A stretch of 64,000 nucleotides of DNA from an uncultured Armatimonadetes bacterium (GCA_963716175.1 OY970296.1:2016001-2080000); one strand, 5' to 3'. Counted from the stretch's first letter, positions 1 through 10,954 are shown. The notes: generated by a model not told the origin, from the letters alone. Numbers and translations are program-made.

Positions 1-1
1 G

Positions 2-760
2 ACAGGGCCGGCGGCTCCGGACTTCACGATCAAGATCTACTGGGGTTCGTCGGCCACCGTGCGGCCGGGGCAGCCGAAGGTGATCCGGATGGCCGATCTT
101 GCAGGCGAGGCGAAGGCGGCGATGCAGCGCCAAGCGCCGCAAGGGGCGCGCGGGACCTACTTCTACAAGCCGGACTGGACCACGGGGTACTGGCCGACCG
201 GGAGGCAGCCGGGGCGGATCGGGGAACAGGCCTCCCTGCTGGGGCACTATGCGCTGACGACGACTCACGCCGGGTCGGTGGCGATCGACGATCCGCCGAA
301 CGTGGACTTTCTGGCGCCGATCGAGCTGACGAGCCCCGACCTCAGCAAGCAGGTGGCGCTGGACGGCGCGATCATGCTGGCGTGGAAACTGGTGCCGGGC
401 TTGCTGGGCCAGCATGCCATGGTGATGGGAATGGAGGGGAAGAGCACGCTGGTGCTGTGGACATCGGCGGAGACAGCGAGTGCCCCGGCGATGGGGGACT
501 GGGGCTATCTGGAGATGGCGAAGGTGCGGGAACTGGTGAGCCAGGGGGTGTTGATGAAGCCTGATCGCACCAGCGCGATCGTGCCGGCGGGCATCTTCAA
601 GAACGCTGACGTGGCGAACCTGATGATGATCGGCTACGGCCCGGGGACGGCACTCGATACCGGGCAGCCGCTGCCGCGGATTCAGACCAAGACGACGCTC
701 AGCGCGATGCTCGGCGGCAAAGGCATGAGTGGCATGGAGGGAATCGGCGCGGGCGAGTAG
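2..760 (+). CDS. Hypothetical protein, 5'-partial (C-terminal part)
   Basis: Frame is open from base 2 (TGPAAPDFTIKIYWG...) to TAG at 760, with GC-typical codon usage. Confidence 0.8.
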   Translation, partial: TGPAAPDFTIKIYWGSSATVRPGQPKVIRMADLAGEAKAAMQRQAPQGARGTYFYKPDWTTGYWPTGRQPGRIGEQASLLGHYALTTTHAGSVAIDDPPNVDFLAPIELTSPDLSKQVALDGAIMLAWKLVPGLLGQHAMVMGMEGKSTLVLWTSAETASAPAMGDWGYLEMAKVRELVSQGVLMKPDRTSAIVPAGIFKNADVANLMMIGYGPGTALDTGQPLPRIQTKTTLSAMLGGKGMSGMEGIGAGE

Positions 761-1261
761 GCGCGGGCCAGGTCTGCTTGCGGATGGCAAGTAGCGACGG
801 GGCGGCCCGCGGCACCGAGCAGGCTGGGCAGCTTGTGGAGCAGATCGTTCAGCATCCGCAGTAGGACGGTCTGGAAGGGCCGCTTCAGGTCACGCATGAT
901 CGCGCTCCCGCACGTCGGTCATCAAGGGGCCGGCAGCGATTCCGTGTGGATGTCAAGCGGGCTTGGGACACCGCCTGAGCAGCTCGGACCGGCCCTGCCC
1001 CTGATGACCGGCGACGCGTCGTCGCGTGTAACCGCGACGATGGGACATGGATGAGCCGTCGGAACATCTGTGGGGTGAGAAGCGGGTGCGAAGGGCGCGG
1101 TGAGACGGGCCGGCCTACCAGGTGACACCGGCCACGGTCAGCAGAGCAGTCAGGCCGCGAGCCGATACGCGGTGATCTGAGTATCTGCGAAGAGGCGGCG
1201 CTCAATCGTGGCTGGCAGCGTCCTGGCGGACTTCCCCGGCCTGCCCCACTCTTCTTCCTGT

Positions 1262-1527
1262 CCGACGCCCCCGGCCACCCCCGACTCCGGCTACCCCTTT
1301 GGCTTGGAGTCGGGGGCCGGGGTTCCGTCGCGTATGCGTCCGGTATGGCAGGAGCAGTCGCGCCACGGCGGCGATCACCGGCAGCCCCACCCGGTCGAAT
1401 CCCCGCTCGGCACCTTTCTCCATCCCCGGTGGCCTTCCAGCACAGGGGTGTCCTCGAGTACAGAGAATACCGCCACTGGGACCATAGGAGCGTCTTGGGA
1501 GGCAGACGAGCTTTCGGACCGCGCGGG
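1262..1527 (+). repeat. Dispersed ~260-bp element, full-length copy
   Basis: Contains CCCCCGACTCC...GGAGTCGGGGG hairpin, CCGGGGTTCCGTCGCG, ACAGGGGTGTC..GAGAATAC and TGGGAGGCAGACGAGCTTTCGGACCGCGCGGG. Confidence 0.85.
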
Positions 1528-1821
1528 CGGAGGAGCGAGAAGCCTGTCTCCAAGCAGACGAAGATCGAGAAGAAGCCGTCCAACCAGTATGACTCTGCGT
1601 ACACTGGGGTGACCTGGGTCACCATCGAGGCCAAGAACAGGAGCTATACGGGTTGGTATGTCGACATCCGGGACACCATAGGCGAACCGGGGACGGCAGA
1701 CGACAACGTCACGAGCAGGAGGACCTCCGGCATCAAGTGCGTGAGCAAAGGGGCTTGCAATCGCTACCAGCACCAGTACCTGAAGCTCCAGCATTCGCTG
1801 GAGCAGTTCGCTGATGCCTGA
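1528..1821 (+). pseudogene. Headless C-terminal gene fragment starting at the element 3' end
   Basis: Protein-like frame (..KPVSKQTKIEKK...EQFADA*) with no start codon or RBS of its own. Confidence 0.5.
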
Positions 1822-1847
1822 CGTCGCGGTGCAGGAGGTGCAGCGGG

Positions 1848-2924
1848 ATGCGTGACTTCCACATCGGTCGTCTTGCTGCCGTGATCTGGCTGGCATATCT
1901 GTGCGCTGCTGGCGCTCGATGCTCGTCGGCAGACATGAGCTCTCTCCTGGGCATCGGCGGCACATATCAGCCGATGAGCGGTGAATCCCCAGTCCGCCTT
2001 CTTCGCGAGTTCATCCGGATCGAGTTCTCCCCTCGCCTGGCGCGCACGGTCGTCCAGTTCGAGTTCCGCAACGAAGGTCGGCCCCAGACGGTCGTCATGG
2101 GCTTCCCGGAGCAGGTCATGTATGAACGCGGGAGGTACCAGCGCTTCCGGGCCGAGGCTGACGGATGGCCACTGGCCGCCAGGCCAACGCCATGGGTGGC
2201 GGAATCATCCGAGCAGCGTTGGGCGCGATGGTGGGTGAGCAAGGTGCACTTCGCCCGCGGGGAGCGCCGCATCATACGAGTACGTTACCAGGAACCCCCT
2301 GGCATAGACGAGACGGACTGCTACGTGTACCGCTACCTGTTCGGGACCGGGCGCTCCTGGAAGGGAAGCATCGGCAGCGTGCAGGTGCTGATGATCCTGA
2401 AGGTTTTCCCCCTGGATGCCACGGTCACGGCCTACTTGCGGGGCGCGACACGTCATGGTGATCGGATTGCGTGGCAGTTCCAAGACTGGGAGCCAGACGA
2501 GGACGTCGCTCTTGACGTGGCGGTGTCGCCCTACATCACGGACATCGTTTTCGACGGCCACTACCCGAGCCTGTCGATGGAGAAGGAGCTAAACTTACGG
2601 CACGGCCATCTCGCTGGGCATCTCCGCAGCATCGCGGACTGGGCGGAGGGGAGTCTGGCGTGGTCTCGCGGTGAGCGGACCGGCTTCATTCATCGGAGGG
2701 CTAAGACCCTTGCTCTGACGGTCGACTCAACCCAGGCGTTGCTACTCCCTGAGAAGAGGGAGATCCGGCTTCCGTTCGCTGCCTATATTGAGCATGGTTT
2801 GCTCCGCGTGCCCGTTCGCGCGGTCTGGGAAGCGCTCGGCTTTTGCGTGGATATGAAGAAGGACGCGATCGGCAACTGGTCCGTGCGTGTTTGCGATCCA
2901 CAGAAGCACGGGGCGGCTTTGTGA
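1848..2924 (+). CDS. Secreted protein, DUF4424-like domain plus copper-amine-oxidase N-terminal (stalk)-like domain
   Basis: GGAGG RBS, signal peptide, YRYLFGTGRSWKGSIG and VPVRAVWEALG motifs. Confidence 0.7.
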   Translation: MRDFHIGRLAAVIWLAYLCAAGARCSSADMSSLLGIGGTYQPMSGESPVRLLREFIRIEFSPRLARTVVQFEFRNEGRPQTVVMGFPEQVMYERGRYQRFRAEADGWPLAARPTPWVAESSEQRWARWWVSKVHFARGERRIIRVRYQEPPGIDETDCYVYRYLFGTGRSWKGSIGSVQVLMILKVFPLDATVTAYLRGATRHGDRIAWQFQDWEPDEDVALDVAVSPYITDIVFDGHYPSLSMEKELNLRHGHLAGHLRSIADWAEGSLAWSRGERTGFIHRRAKTLALTVDSTQALLLPEKREIRLPFAAYIEHGLLRVPVRAVWEALGFCVDMKKDAIGNWSVRVCDPQKHGAAL

Positions 2925-2974
2925 GCCGGGGTATGCACTCCCGCCCAATCGTCGGCTGACCAGCCTCGCTCCCC

Positions 2975-3030
2975 GCCACCCCCGACTCCGGCTACCCCTC
3001 GGCTGGGAGTGAGTGACCGGGCCGAAACGC
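2975..3030 (+). repeat. Dispersed element, hairpin module only
   Basis: GCCACCCCCGACTCCGGCTACCCCTCGGCTGGGAGT. Confidence 0.8.
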
Positions 3031-3152
3031 GCTATGCGACGATACGTCCCAGGAAGACGAGACTGAGACCTGGGACCATCCCCCTATCGGTCCTGACGGC
3101 CATTGCGGTATGCTGATCAGGCATGCAGACAGTGCGCAAGGAGGTAGAACCG

Positions 3153-4022
3153 ATGAACGCGTGGCGTCAGCTTGCATTCGCGGTGAGCATGTTGTTGGTC
3201 TGCGCATTGGGGGCCGCCACTGCTGCTCGCGCTCAAGACGCTTCCTCCATGATTCTGGCCGGCATCATGGAGGTGATAGACCAGGAGCTCTCCATGCCTT
3301 CACTCGGGGGCCCGACTGGGGTTGTGAGCCTACCGAACGCAATCACCATGCCTGCAGATGGGTGGCAGGCGGCCCTCAGCTACCAGGGGATGCGAGCATC
3401 ATCCTGGGGCATGTACCAGGCTCCCGATGATCTCGGAGTGTGGTCTCTCCAGGCGGCGCATAGAGTGAACGACACGTCCGAGCTGTGGGCAAGTTACTCC
3501 TCTGCAACCGATCACGTGGGTTCCCGCACGTGGGGACTCGGCGGCAAGAAGATGTTCACGCATTTCCAGGGGGAAGGACCCTTCGTGGCCGTAAGCGCCA
3601 GCTACCACAAGTGGGGTGATGCCTTCGGCGAAGGATGGTCAGCAGATGATCCGGCCCGGCCTGACGCGAATGTGACCAAGGCCTACGCGGTGGTGACAGG
3701 ATCTCTGGCACACGAGGGCTGGGCCTCTGGGTTGTTAGGGACCGGGGGCCTCATGGGCCTCGGCTTCGATCCCAATCGCGGCCGTAGCCGGAGCCTGATG
3801 CGACCATTCGTCGCTCTGCAGTTCGTCGGCTGGGGTACCGTGCTGGGCCTCGAGTACCGCTGGCCGGACGCTCCCCTGGATGCAGAGCCGGTTCTCTCCG
3901 CAGCCATTCGTCAAGTGTTGTCGCATGAGCTTACGGTCGAACTGGGCACCACCAACGCCAGCCCCGTCGGTACCGGACTTTCAGCTCAACGGCTGTTCCT
4001 GCGGCTAAGCCATACACTCTAG
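3153..4022 (+). CDS. Exported hypothetical protein, possibly a beta-barrel outer-membrane protein
   Basis: AAGGAGG RBS, signal peptide, GPTGVVSLPNA N-terminal motif and alternating strands. Confidence 0.7.
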   Translation: MNAWRQLAFAVSMLLVCALGAATAARAQDASSMILAGIMEVIDQELSMPSLGGPTGVVSLPNAITMPADGWQAALSYQGMRASSWGMYQAPDDLGVWSLQAAHRVNDTSELWASYSSATDHVGSRTWGLGGKKMFTHFQGEGPFVAVSASYHKWGDAFGEGWSADDPARPDANVTKAYAVVTGSLAHEGWASGLLGTGGLMGLGFDPNRGRSRSLMRPFVALQFVGWGTVLGLEYRWPDAPLDAEPVLSAAIRQVLSHELTVELGTTNASPVGTGLSAQRLFLRLSHTL

Positions 4023-4077
4023 AGACGGCATCGCCGGGGCGTCGTCTGTTGCTCCCCGGCGTAGGTAACGGGGTGCC

Positions 4078-5709
4078 ATGAGATGCGCTCGACTGGGTCT
4101 GAGCCTCCTCTTCGTGCTCGCCATCGTGCCGCTAGGTGCATTCGGCGAGGGCACGAGTCCGCCGCCTGGTCTGCCACTGCCCAGCACCGGGCTGGTGCTC
4201 GATCAGAAGCTCACCGTCGGCGACATCACTGTCAGTTATCCCCAGGGCCTGGAGTCGCAGGCGAAGGAGCTTGCTGACATCTGCCAGCAGGTCATCCCAC
4301 CTCGCAAAGCGAGGTACCTTGTCGCGGCGCGGGCGTTCTCCGATGAGAAGGCGATAGCACAGCGGGTGGTCGATCTACTCGGTTGCGCGGACTGCACCGA
4401 CTCCACCTATCGCGCGCTCTCTCGACTCGCGCAGGACAGCGGGGCCCTGGTTGACACCCTGTTCCTGCCGATGCTCAGCGACGTGCGGATCTACCGCGAG
4501 GCCGACCTCAGGATCCCCGGCGGCCTACACACCGGTGTGGTGGACTTGGTCTACGACCCGAGTGCGGACCGATTCATGTTCAGCATGGGCGCTCGGATCA
4601 CCGGTGAGGGGGCCAGGGCGCCCGCCGGCAAGGGGTTTATGCCAGTCATCGTGAGGGACGACGGCACGTTCAGAAGCGCAGCAGGACTTGGCCCCGCGGA
4701 GGACCTCGCGGGAAAACTGGATGAGACCGCGGTGAGTGGGGCGATTGTGACCCGCGCCGCGCTTATCCACGAAGAGGCAGAGATCGTGCTGGGGGTTTCG
4801 GGCTTCGACCATCCCTTCGCGCGATGGTTCAACGAGGGGGTGGCGAACTGGGTGGCGCTCCAGGTCGTCGCTGAGGTCGCGCCCGAGTACCTGCAAGTAT
4901 GCAGGGAGCACTTCCTTCCAGGGCGAGAAGCGAATCCGCTGCGAGAGAGGATCAACCTGCTCGCCTGGACACAGGTTACGTATGAGAGGGAGTTCGTCCT
5001 CGCCGGGGATAGCGGTCTGGACGAGGCGCACTACCCCTATGCTACCGAGTTGGTCGAGCGTCTTCTCGATCGGCAGCCACCAGGCACCCTTGCCAGGGTG
5101 GTGGCAAGGGTGAAGGGATCACAATCGCCCGATAGTGATGCCATCTGCCAGGCGTTTCGAGAGGTCACGGGCAAGGATGCCAGGAGTATGCTGCTCGAAT
5201 ACGTGCCGACACATGTCCGGGACGGCCTCGCGCAGGGCCTACCCAGCACGAAGCTGCAAGAAGGCTACGCGGCGCTCTCGGCAGACCAGCTCCCTCAGGC
5301 TGCCGCGCGACTCAAGGAGGCGCTTGAGATGAGCCCGTCTGACCCCGACGCACACCTCAACCTGGCGATCATCATGCGCAGGGCCTTACGCGGGCCTCAG
5401 GTGCCAGACCCAGGGACTGAGCAGCGGCGATGGCAGGAATCGCAGCGCCATATCGCTATCGCTGCCGTGCTCACCAAGCGCGATGCGAGCCGCCAGTTCC
5501 AGATCCATGGGCCAGTTGACGATGAGGCGCGGTACGCGCTTGGCCGGGCGGAGCAGTTCCGGGGACGCACAGAAGAGGCGAAGCGGATGCTCTCGAACCT
5601 GCCCAAGGACCACCAGGACGCGCAGCAGGCGCTGAAGGAGATAGCGGAGGAGGAGAAGTCGTCCGCGTCGAGGCCGACAGAGCACACCGGGCAGGGAGGC
5701 CCGCCATGA
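4078..5709 (+). CDS. Secreted gluzincin/peptidase-MA-like protein with C-terminal TPRs
   Basis: IHEEAE...RWFNEGVANW motif followed by TPR-like helices. Confidence 0.7.
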   Translation: MRCARLGLSLLFVLAIVPLGAFGEGTSPPPGLPLPSTGLVLDQKLTVGDITVSYPQGLESQAKELADICQQVIPPRKARYLVAARAFSDEKAIAQRVVDLLGCADCTDSTYRALSRLAQDSGALVDTLFLPMLSDVRIYREADLRIPGGLHTGVVDLVYDPSADRFMFSMGARITGEGARAPAGKGFMPVIVRDDGTFRSAAGLGPAEDLAGKLDETAVSGAIVTRAALIHEEAEIVLGVSGFDHPFARWFNEGVANWVALQVVAEVAPEYLQVCREHFLPGREANPLRERINLLAWTQVTYEREFVLAGDSGLDEAHYPYATELVERLLDRQPPGTLARVVARVKGSQSPDSDAICQAFREVTGKDARSMLLEYVPTHVRDGLAQGLPSTKLQEGYAALSADQLPQAAARLKEALEMSPSDPDAHLNLAIIMRRALRGPQVPDPGTEQRRWQESQRHIAIAAVLTKRDASRQFQIHGPVDDEARYALGRAEQFRGRTEEAKRMLSNLPKDHQDAQQALKEIAEEEKSSASRPTEHTGQGGPP

Positions 5710-8405
5710 GAGCAGCGACGCTGATGGCAGCCTTGGTAATCGGCCTCGCTGTGTGTGCAGCGGCGCAGGCCGCCAAGGCAGTGCCCCGGCTGCCCGACGA
5801 TGTACGCCCGACGCGGTACCGACTGGACATCACGCCTGACCTGGACGCCGGTACGTTCAGCGGGTCCGTGGACGTCACGATTCGGCTCGCGAAGCCGCGG
5901 CGGGAGATCGTGCTCAACGCGAAGGAGCTGGAGCTCTCGCAGGTAGAGATCAGCGCGGCCGGCGGCGCACTGAGGGTGTACCCGACAATGAGCCTTGATG
6001 ACGAGAACGGGCTAGTCTTGCTCTCCTCGCCGGAGGTGCTGCCGGCCGGAGAGTACGTGCTGCACATCGCGTTCAACGCGAAGCTGAATGAGCAGCCGGC
6101 CGGGTTCTACCGCGCCGCTTTCACTGATGCGAGCGGGCAGAAGCACACCACCGCAGTGGCAATGATGGAGCCCGTGGACGCGAGGCGCATGTTCCCCTGC
6201 TTCGATGAACCGGCAATGAAGGCGACCTTCCAGGTCACCGCTCACATCAAGCCGGGGGTGGCGGCCATCTCCAATGCTCCGGTGGCGCGAAGGTACGCTG
6301 ACCCTAGTGGGGCGCGGGACGTAGTCGAGTTCGAAGAGACGCTGCCCATGTCGACGTATCTTGTTGCCCTCTGCGTCGGAGAGTTCGAGGCGACGGAGCC
6401 GGTGGTGGCAGAGGGGATACCGGTGCGTGTGTGGGCGGTCAAGGACAAGAGCCATCTCGGAGGCTATGCCCGCGACCTCGCGGTCCGCCTGCTGACCTAC
6501 TACCAGGACTACTTCGGGATTCCCTACCCTTGGAAGAAGCTCGACCTCATCGCCGTACCGGAGGCCTCCTTCTCGGGAATGGAGGACGCTGGCGCCATCC
6601 TGTTCGGTGAGGAGTTCCTCCTCGTGGACCCAAACCAGTCCTCAGCAGCCGCCCGCCGTATGGCTGCGGAGATCATCGCCCACGAAATCTCCCACATGTG
6701 GCTCGGGGATCTGGTGACCATGAAGTGGTGGGATGACCTCTGGCTCAACGAGTCCTTCGCGTCGTGGATGGAAGTGCGAGCCACCCCGCAGGTAGTACCA
6801 GAGTGGGAGCCCTGGGAGGGGTATGCCGCGATGCGCGCGAGTGCCCTGGACAGCGACTACCTGCGTAGCACTCATGCCGTCCACGTGGAGGTAGCCAACC
6901 CGTCGGAGGCCGAGGAGATCTTCGATGCGATCTCCTACCAGAAGGGCGGAGCGATTCTGCGGATGCTGGAAGCCTACGTGGGCGAGGACGCGTTCCGAGA
7001 GGCGATCCGGCGGTATCTCAGAGCACACGCCTTTGGGAGTGCCACCTCCGAAGACTTCTGGAGGGCCATTGATGCGGCCTCCGGCCGCCCGGTCAGCGCG
7101 ATGATGCATGCCTGGGTCTACGAGTCTGGCTACCCGCTGGTCGCAGTAGAGGGAAGCCAGCCAGGCACGCTCACCGCGGTGCAAAGGCCTTTCTGCGTGA
7201 GTGGCCCGCCCGCGAACCCAGGCGTCCTCTGGCAGATCCCACTGCGTTTCAGAGAAGTCACCGATGGTGGTTCAGGAAAGCAACCCACTGCCGAGGCCGG
7301 GCTCCTGGCGGACCACCAGGGCACGCTTCGGTCTCCTACGGCTTTCACCGGCGCGGAGAAGCGACCCTTTCTCGCAAACGCAGGCGCCACTGGCTACTAC
7401 CGGGTTCGCCACTCGCCGGCGCAGTTGCGGGCGCTGCTGCCACTCATAGAGAATGGCATGGAACCCGCGGAGCGCTTCGACCTGATCTCCGGTCAATGGG
7501 CGCTGACGCGGGAGGGGGAGGCTGATATCGGTGATTATTTGGAGATGGTGTCGGCCTACCGCGAGGACACGGATGCTACGGTCTGGAGCGCGGTGCTGGA
7601 CGTGAGCCACCCGGAATGGGGGAACGGTCAGGGCGTACTCAGCTACCTCGACCGCTTCGTTAGCGACGATGCACGCGCCTCCTATCAGCGCTTCGTGCGA
7701 GATCAACTGGGTCCGATCTACGCGAAGCTGGGCTGGAGCAGCTCTCCAGGGGAGAGGGGCGAGCTGAGGCAGCTGCGGGGCGACGTGCTGCGGACGCTGG
7801 GAACCATCGGCCAGGACGAGGCAGTGATAGCCCGCGCCCGCAGGCTGTTTGTGGACTACCTGCGAGACGAGAAGAGCGTGGCTCCCAATCTGCTGGATGC
7901 CGTGTTCTGCACCGTTGCCTACAACGGGGACACTAAGGATCTGACCCATTTCCTTTCCATGTACAGCAGCGCGCCGACTCCCGAGGTGCGATCCCACTAC
8001 GTGACGGCCCTGGCATGCTTCCAGCGTCCCGAATCGGTGCAGCGGGTGTTCGAGTGGGCGCTCAGCGGAGAGCCGCGGGCTGACGATGTTAGCAACTTGC
8101 TAGGCGCCATGCTCAGCAGTCGTGCAGGAGCTGATGTCGCCTGGCCGTTCGTCGAAGCGCGATGGAGCGACATCACAAAGCGCTTGGCCGCCTTTACGAT
8201 GGCCGTCGGCGTCGTCGCCCCACTGGGGAATCTGTCGAAGGCTGCTCAGTACGGGGATGTAGAAGCCTTCCTCCACTCACAGAAGGAGGTCACTGCGGAG
8301 CGCACGATCGCGCAAGTTCTGGAGCAGATCAGAGTGAACGTGGCCTTCCGCGAGCGGTCAGCCGACGGGCTGAGCCGGTGGCTCAGGGAGCACTATGGAG
8401 GCTGA
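5706..8405 (+). CDS. M1 family aminopeptidase with ERAP1-like C-terminus
   Basis: ARRMFPCFDEP, SGMED (GAMEN variant), HEISH-x18-E and YQKGG motifs. Confidence 0.95.
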   Translation: MRAATLMAALVIGLAVCAAAQAAKAVPRLPDDVRPTRYRLDITPDLDAGTFSGSVDVTIRLAKPRREIVLNAKELELSQVEISAAGGALRVYPTMSLDDENGLVLLSSPEVLPAGEYVLHIAFNAKLNEQPAGFYRAAFTDASGQKHTTAVAMMEPVDARRMFPCFDEPAMKATFQVTAHIKPGVAAISNAPVARRYADPSGARDVVEFEETLPMSTYLVALCVGEFEATEPVVAEGIPVRVWAVKDKSHLGGYARDLAVRLLTYYQDYFGIPYPWKKLDLIAVPEASFSGMEDAGAILFGEEFLLVDPNQSSAAARRMAAEIIAHEISHMWLGDLVTMKWWDDLWLNESFASWMEVRATPQVVPEWEPWEGYAAMRASALDSDYLRSTHAVHVEVANPSEAEEIFDAISYQKGGAILRMLEAYVGEDAFREAIRRYLRAHAFGSATSEDFWRAIDAASGRPVSAMMHAWVYESGYPLVAVEGSQPGTLTAVQRPFCVSGPPANPGVLWQIPLRFREVTDGGSGKQPTAEAGLLADHQGTLRSPTAFTGAEKRPFLANAGATGYYRVRHSPAQLRALLPLIENGMEPAERFDLISGQWALTREGEADIGDYLEMVSAYREDTDATVWSAVLDVSHPEWGNGQGVLSYLDRFVSDDARASYQRFVRDQLGPIYAKLGWSSSPGERGELRQLRGDVLRTLGTIGQDEAVIARARRLFVDYLRDEKSVAPNLLDAVFCTVAYNGDTKDLTHFLSMYSSAPTPEVRSHYVTALACFQRPESVQRVFEWALSGEPRADDVSNLLGAMLSSRAGADVAWPFVEARWSDITKRLAAFTMAVGVVAPLGNLSKAAQYGDVEAFLHSQKEVTAERTIAQVLEQIRVNVAFRERSADGLSRWLREHYGG

Positions 8406-9624
8406 GATGAGGGCGAGACTGGGGCTATGCCTGCTATTGGCAGTGGCGGCCACGGGCGCGGCGCACAGCGCTGAGCTGTCGCTGGCGCAGGCAGAGAAAG
8501 GCCTCAGGGTGGCGGAGGGTTTGCCTTCGAGGGAGAACTGGCAAGGCAGCTCGCTGCGCTACCGAGTCGAGCCGCTGGAGGCTGCCTTCCGCAGCGCCAC
8601 TGCTCACGATCCGGGGCGGGCGTACCAGGGATTGGCGAGATGCCAGATGCTGCTCGGCCGGTATCGTCAAGCCGCTCGCTGGTTCCGTCGAGCCGTGAAG
8701 GCGGCGCCTGGCAATCGCGCGGCCGCGGCAGACTGGCGCCGAGCCCAGCAGTTCGCCACCATCGCCAGGGCCGCGGGCCGGCTGCTTCCCGAGGGCACCG
8801 TCGTGCTTCAGGTCGCGCCGCTGGGAGGTGATGCGCGGGGACCATGGGCGGTGCTCTCCGCAGCCATCGGGCCAGCGATGAGCTTCACCAACGACAACTT
8901 CTACGAGGGGGCGCGTCTGAGACTGCTGCGCGAGACCACGCGGGGACCGAGACTGGTCTGGCGTTCGGACGTGCTCAGTGTTCGGATCGGGCCGGGGCCT
9001 GGATGGACGAATGGCTTCCGGATGTACGTGCTGGAGGAGAGGCCTCTCAAGGTGCTCGTTGAGGAGGTGTTCTACGGGGCAGACTGGTCCCCGTCGCATG
9101 TCGACGCGTTTGCCTGGCAGGGGGGAAGGCTGATCGCTGTGCCAGTGCGTGAAGGCGAGAGCGACCACATCGGGGCGCCGCCGGCTGGTAACACCTTCCC
9201 ATCCATCCAGGCGTCTGCGTTCGATAGTGAGATACCTCCCTGGATCCTGGACCTGGGGCATGATGGACAGCACGAAGTGGTGACGCTGAACAGGATCGGA
9301 TCCGGCCTTGCGATGGCTGCGATGGTGTTCTGGCCCTCCATCTATACCTACGAGCGCGGCGCCTACATGCTCGCCGACAGACGTTTCCCGAAAGCGTACC
9401 TGGAGACCGGCGATGAGATCCGGCAGAGGTCGGAGGAGCATCCGGGCAACTACGAGCTGCTGAAGGATCTGGGGATCTACTACGAGATACAGGGGGATGC
9501 CGAAGCGGCTCTGGATGCGTACCGGCGCGCAGAGGCTGCCCTGACATCACGAGCCGCGGACTCGCCGGCTGCCCAGTCCGAACTCGCTGGCATCCGGGCC
9601 CGTATCCGGCGCCTGGGCGGGTGA
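8395..9624 (+). CDS. Secreted TPR-containing protein
   Basis: Signal peptide, TPR-like helices at both ends, overlaps the upstream stop codon. Confidence 0.75.
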   Translation: MEAEMRARLGLCLLLAVAATGAAHSAELSLAQAEKGLRVAEGLPSRENWQGSSLRYRVEPLEAAFRSATAHDPGRAYQGLARCQMLLGRYRQAARWFRRAVKAAPGNRAAAADWRRAQQFATIARAAGRLLPEGTVVLQVAPLGGDARGPWAVLSAAIGPAMSFTNDNFYEGARLRLLRETTRGPRLVWRSDVLSVRIGPGPGWTNGFRMYVLEERPLKVLVEEVFYGADWSPSHVDAFAWQGGRLIAVPVREGESDHIGAPPAGNTFPSIQASAFDSEIPPWILDLGHDGQHEVVTLNRIGSGLAMAAMVFWPSIYTYERGAYMLADRRFPKAYLETGDEIRQRSEEHPGNYELLKDLGIYYEIQGDAEAALDAYRRAEAALTSRAADSPAAQSELAGIRARIRRLGG

Positions 9625-9745
9625 GCAGGACCCCGTCGGTCCGGCTGAGTCGCTGCCAGCGCCGAGCCGACTAGCTGGAACCCGCGTGTTGTGCCGGATG
9701 AGGAAATGCCGGTGGTCTAGGGCCGCCTTCTGACGCAGTTGTCCT

Positions 9746-9831
9746 TGCCGACCGCCCGTGAAGCCGCCCCCGGTCACCCCCGACTCCGGCTACCCCCTCG
9801 GCTGGAGTCACTGCCCTTGGGCTCTCTCGCG
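9746..9831 (+). repeat. Dispersed element, 5' leader plus hairpin module
   Basis: CCGCCCGTGAAGCCG...CACCCCCGACTCCGGCTACCCCCTCGGCTGGAGTCACTG. Confidence 0.8.
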
Positions 9832-10231
9832 ACAGGGAACGACGCGACAGTGAGCTACCAGGGCCGTCGATCTGTCTGTCAGTCGGTGGCAGCGACGTGG
9901 AGACTGCCAGTCGTCTGGACTGCTCTGGCGGAGGGCTCACTGGTACAGCGCGTTCAGCCGGTCCGGCGGCATATCGCACAAGGTCGCGCCGACAGAGCCG
10001 ATACGCGACGGAGCCGCGCACGCTCATCGCCACGCGGCCCCGGAGACGAGGCTTGCACTGCTCAGCACGATTCTCTAGGATTCACCCTGACCGAGTTGCC
10101 ACGCAAGATACTGCGGACCCACCTGAGGCGCAAGAGGCAAGTCCGGGTCCTTGAGTATCCCCGATCACACATTGTGAGGGCAGACTGACACGGACACGCC
10201 GGACTTGGCGGCCCAGACCTGATGGCAGGAG

Positions 10232-10288
10232 GCCGACGGCCCCGGGCAACCCCGACTCCGGCTCCCCCCTCGGCTTGGAGTTGTGCGG
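10232..10288 (+). repeat. Dispersed element, hairpin module
   Basis: GCCGACGGCCCCGGGCAACCCCGACTCCGGCTCCCCCCTCGGCTTGGAGT. Confidence 0.75.
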
Positions 10289-10462
10289 ACCGGATACAGA
10301 TGCAAGAGCAGCAGGGAAGCCCTGGGCTCAGCAGAAGCGAAGCCCCCGTCTGGGCACGGGTGACCGCGGCGTGTGGTCTGCCTTGGCGCGGGATTCCAGC
10401 CCGGCATCAGGAGGGGCTTCCTCCCAGCAATCAGTGCTCAGGAGAATGAGGAGGGTGTACAG

Positions 10463-10954
10463 ATGAAAGGGCTACGTTCGGTCGCGTTGGTGCTTGGGCT
10501 GGCCGCCGCTTTGGCGGCCCCGGCCCTGTCCGGTCAGCGGGGTGGTGGCGGCCGTCGGGGCGGAGGTGGTGGACAGGGCGGTAGCATGAAGGCCCTGCTC
10601 GACCGCCTTGGGTTCACCGAGCAGGAGCTGGCCGCGGTGCAGAAGAGCATGGAGGCCAAGTCCAAGGCTCATCAGACACTCGAGGACGAACTCGGTAAGT
10701 TGCGCGAGGTCGCTGGCAATGACAAGTCCACCGACCAGCAGCTGCGTCGGGCCATCGACAGCTACACCGAGGCCCTGGCGCGATACCGGGAGACAGTGCG
10801 GACCGAGGATCGCTCCCTCTCAGGCCGGCTCTCAGTAAGGAGCCGGGCGCGCTGCCTGGCAGCCGGGGCCCTTGACAACGGACTTGGCATGGGTGGAGGA
10901 GGGCGCGGCGGTGGGGGCGGAAGGCGTGGAGGTGGGGGCGGACGGCGGCCCTAG
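10463..10954 (+). CDS. Small exported helical protein with Gly/Arg-rich ends (Spy/CpxP-like architecture)
   Basis: GAGGAGG RBS, signal peptide, GGGGRR repeats flanking a coiled-coil. Confidence 0.75.
   Translation: MKGLRSVALVLGLAAALAAPALSGQRGGGGRRGGGGGQGGSMKALLDRLGFTEQELAAVQKSMEAKSKAHQTLEDELGKLREVAGNDKSTDQQLRRAIDSYTEALARYRETVRTEDRSLSGRLSVRSRARCLAAGALDNGLGMGGGGRGGGGGRRGGGGGRRP

Noticed and set aside
2975-3030. Hairpin module as a rho-independent terminator
   Set aside because: It has no U-tract, occurs upstream as well as downstream of genes, and is part of a larger unit.
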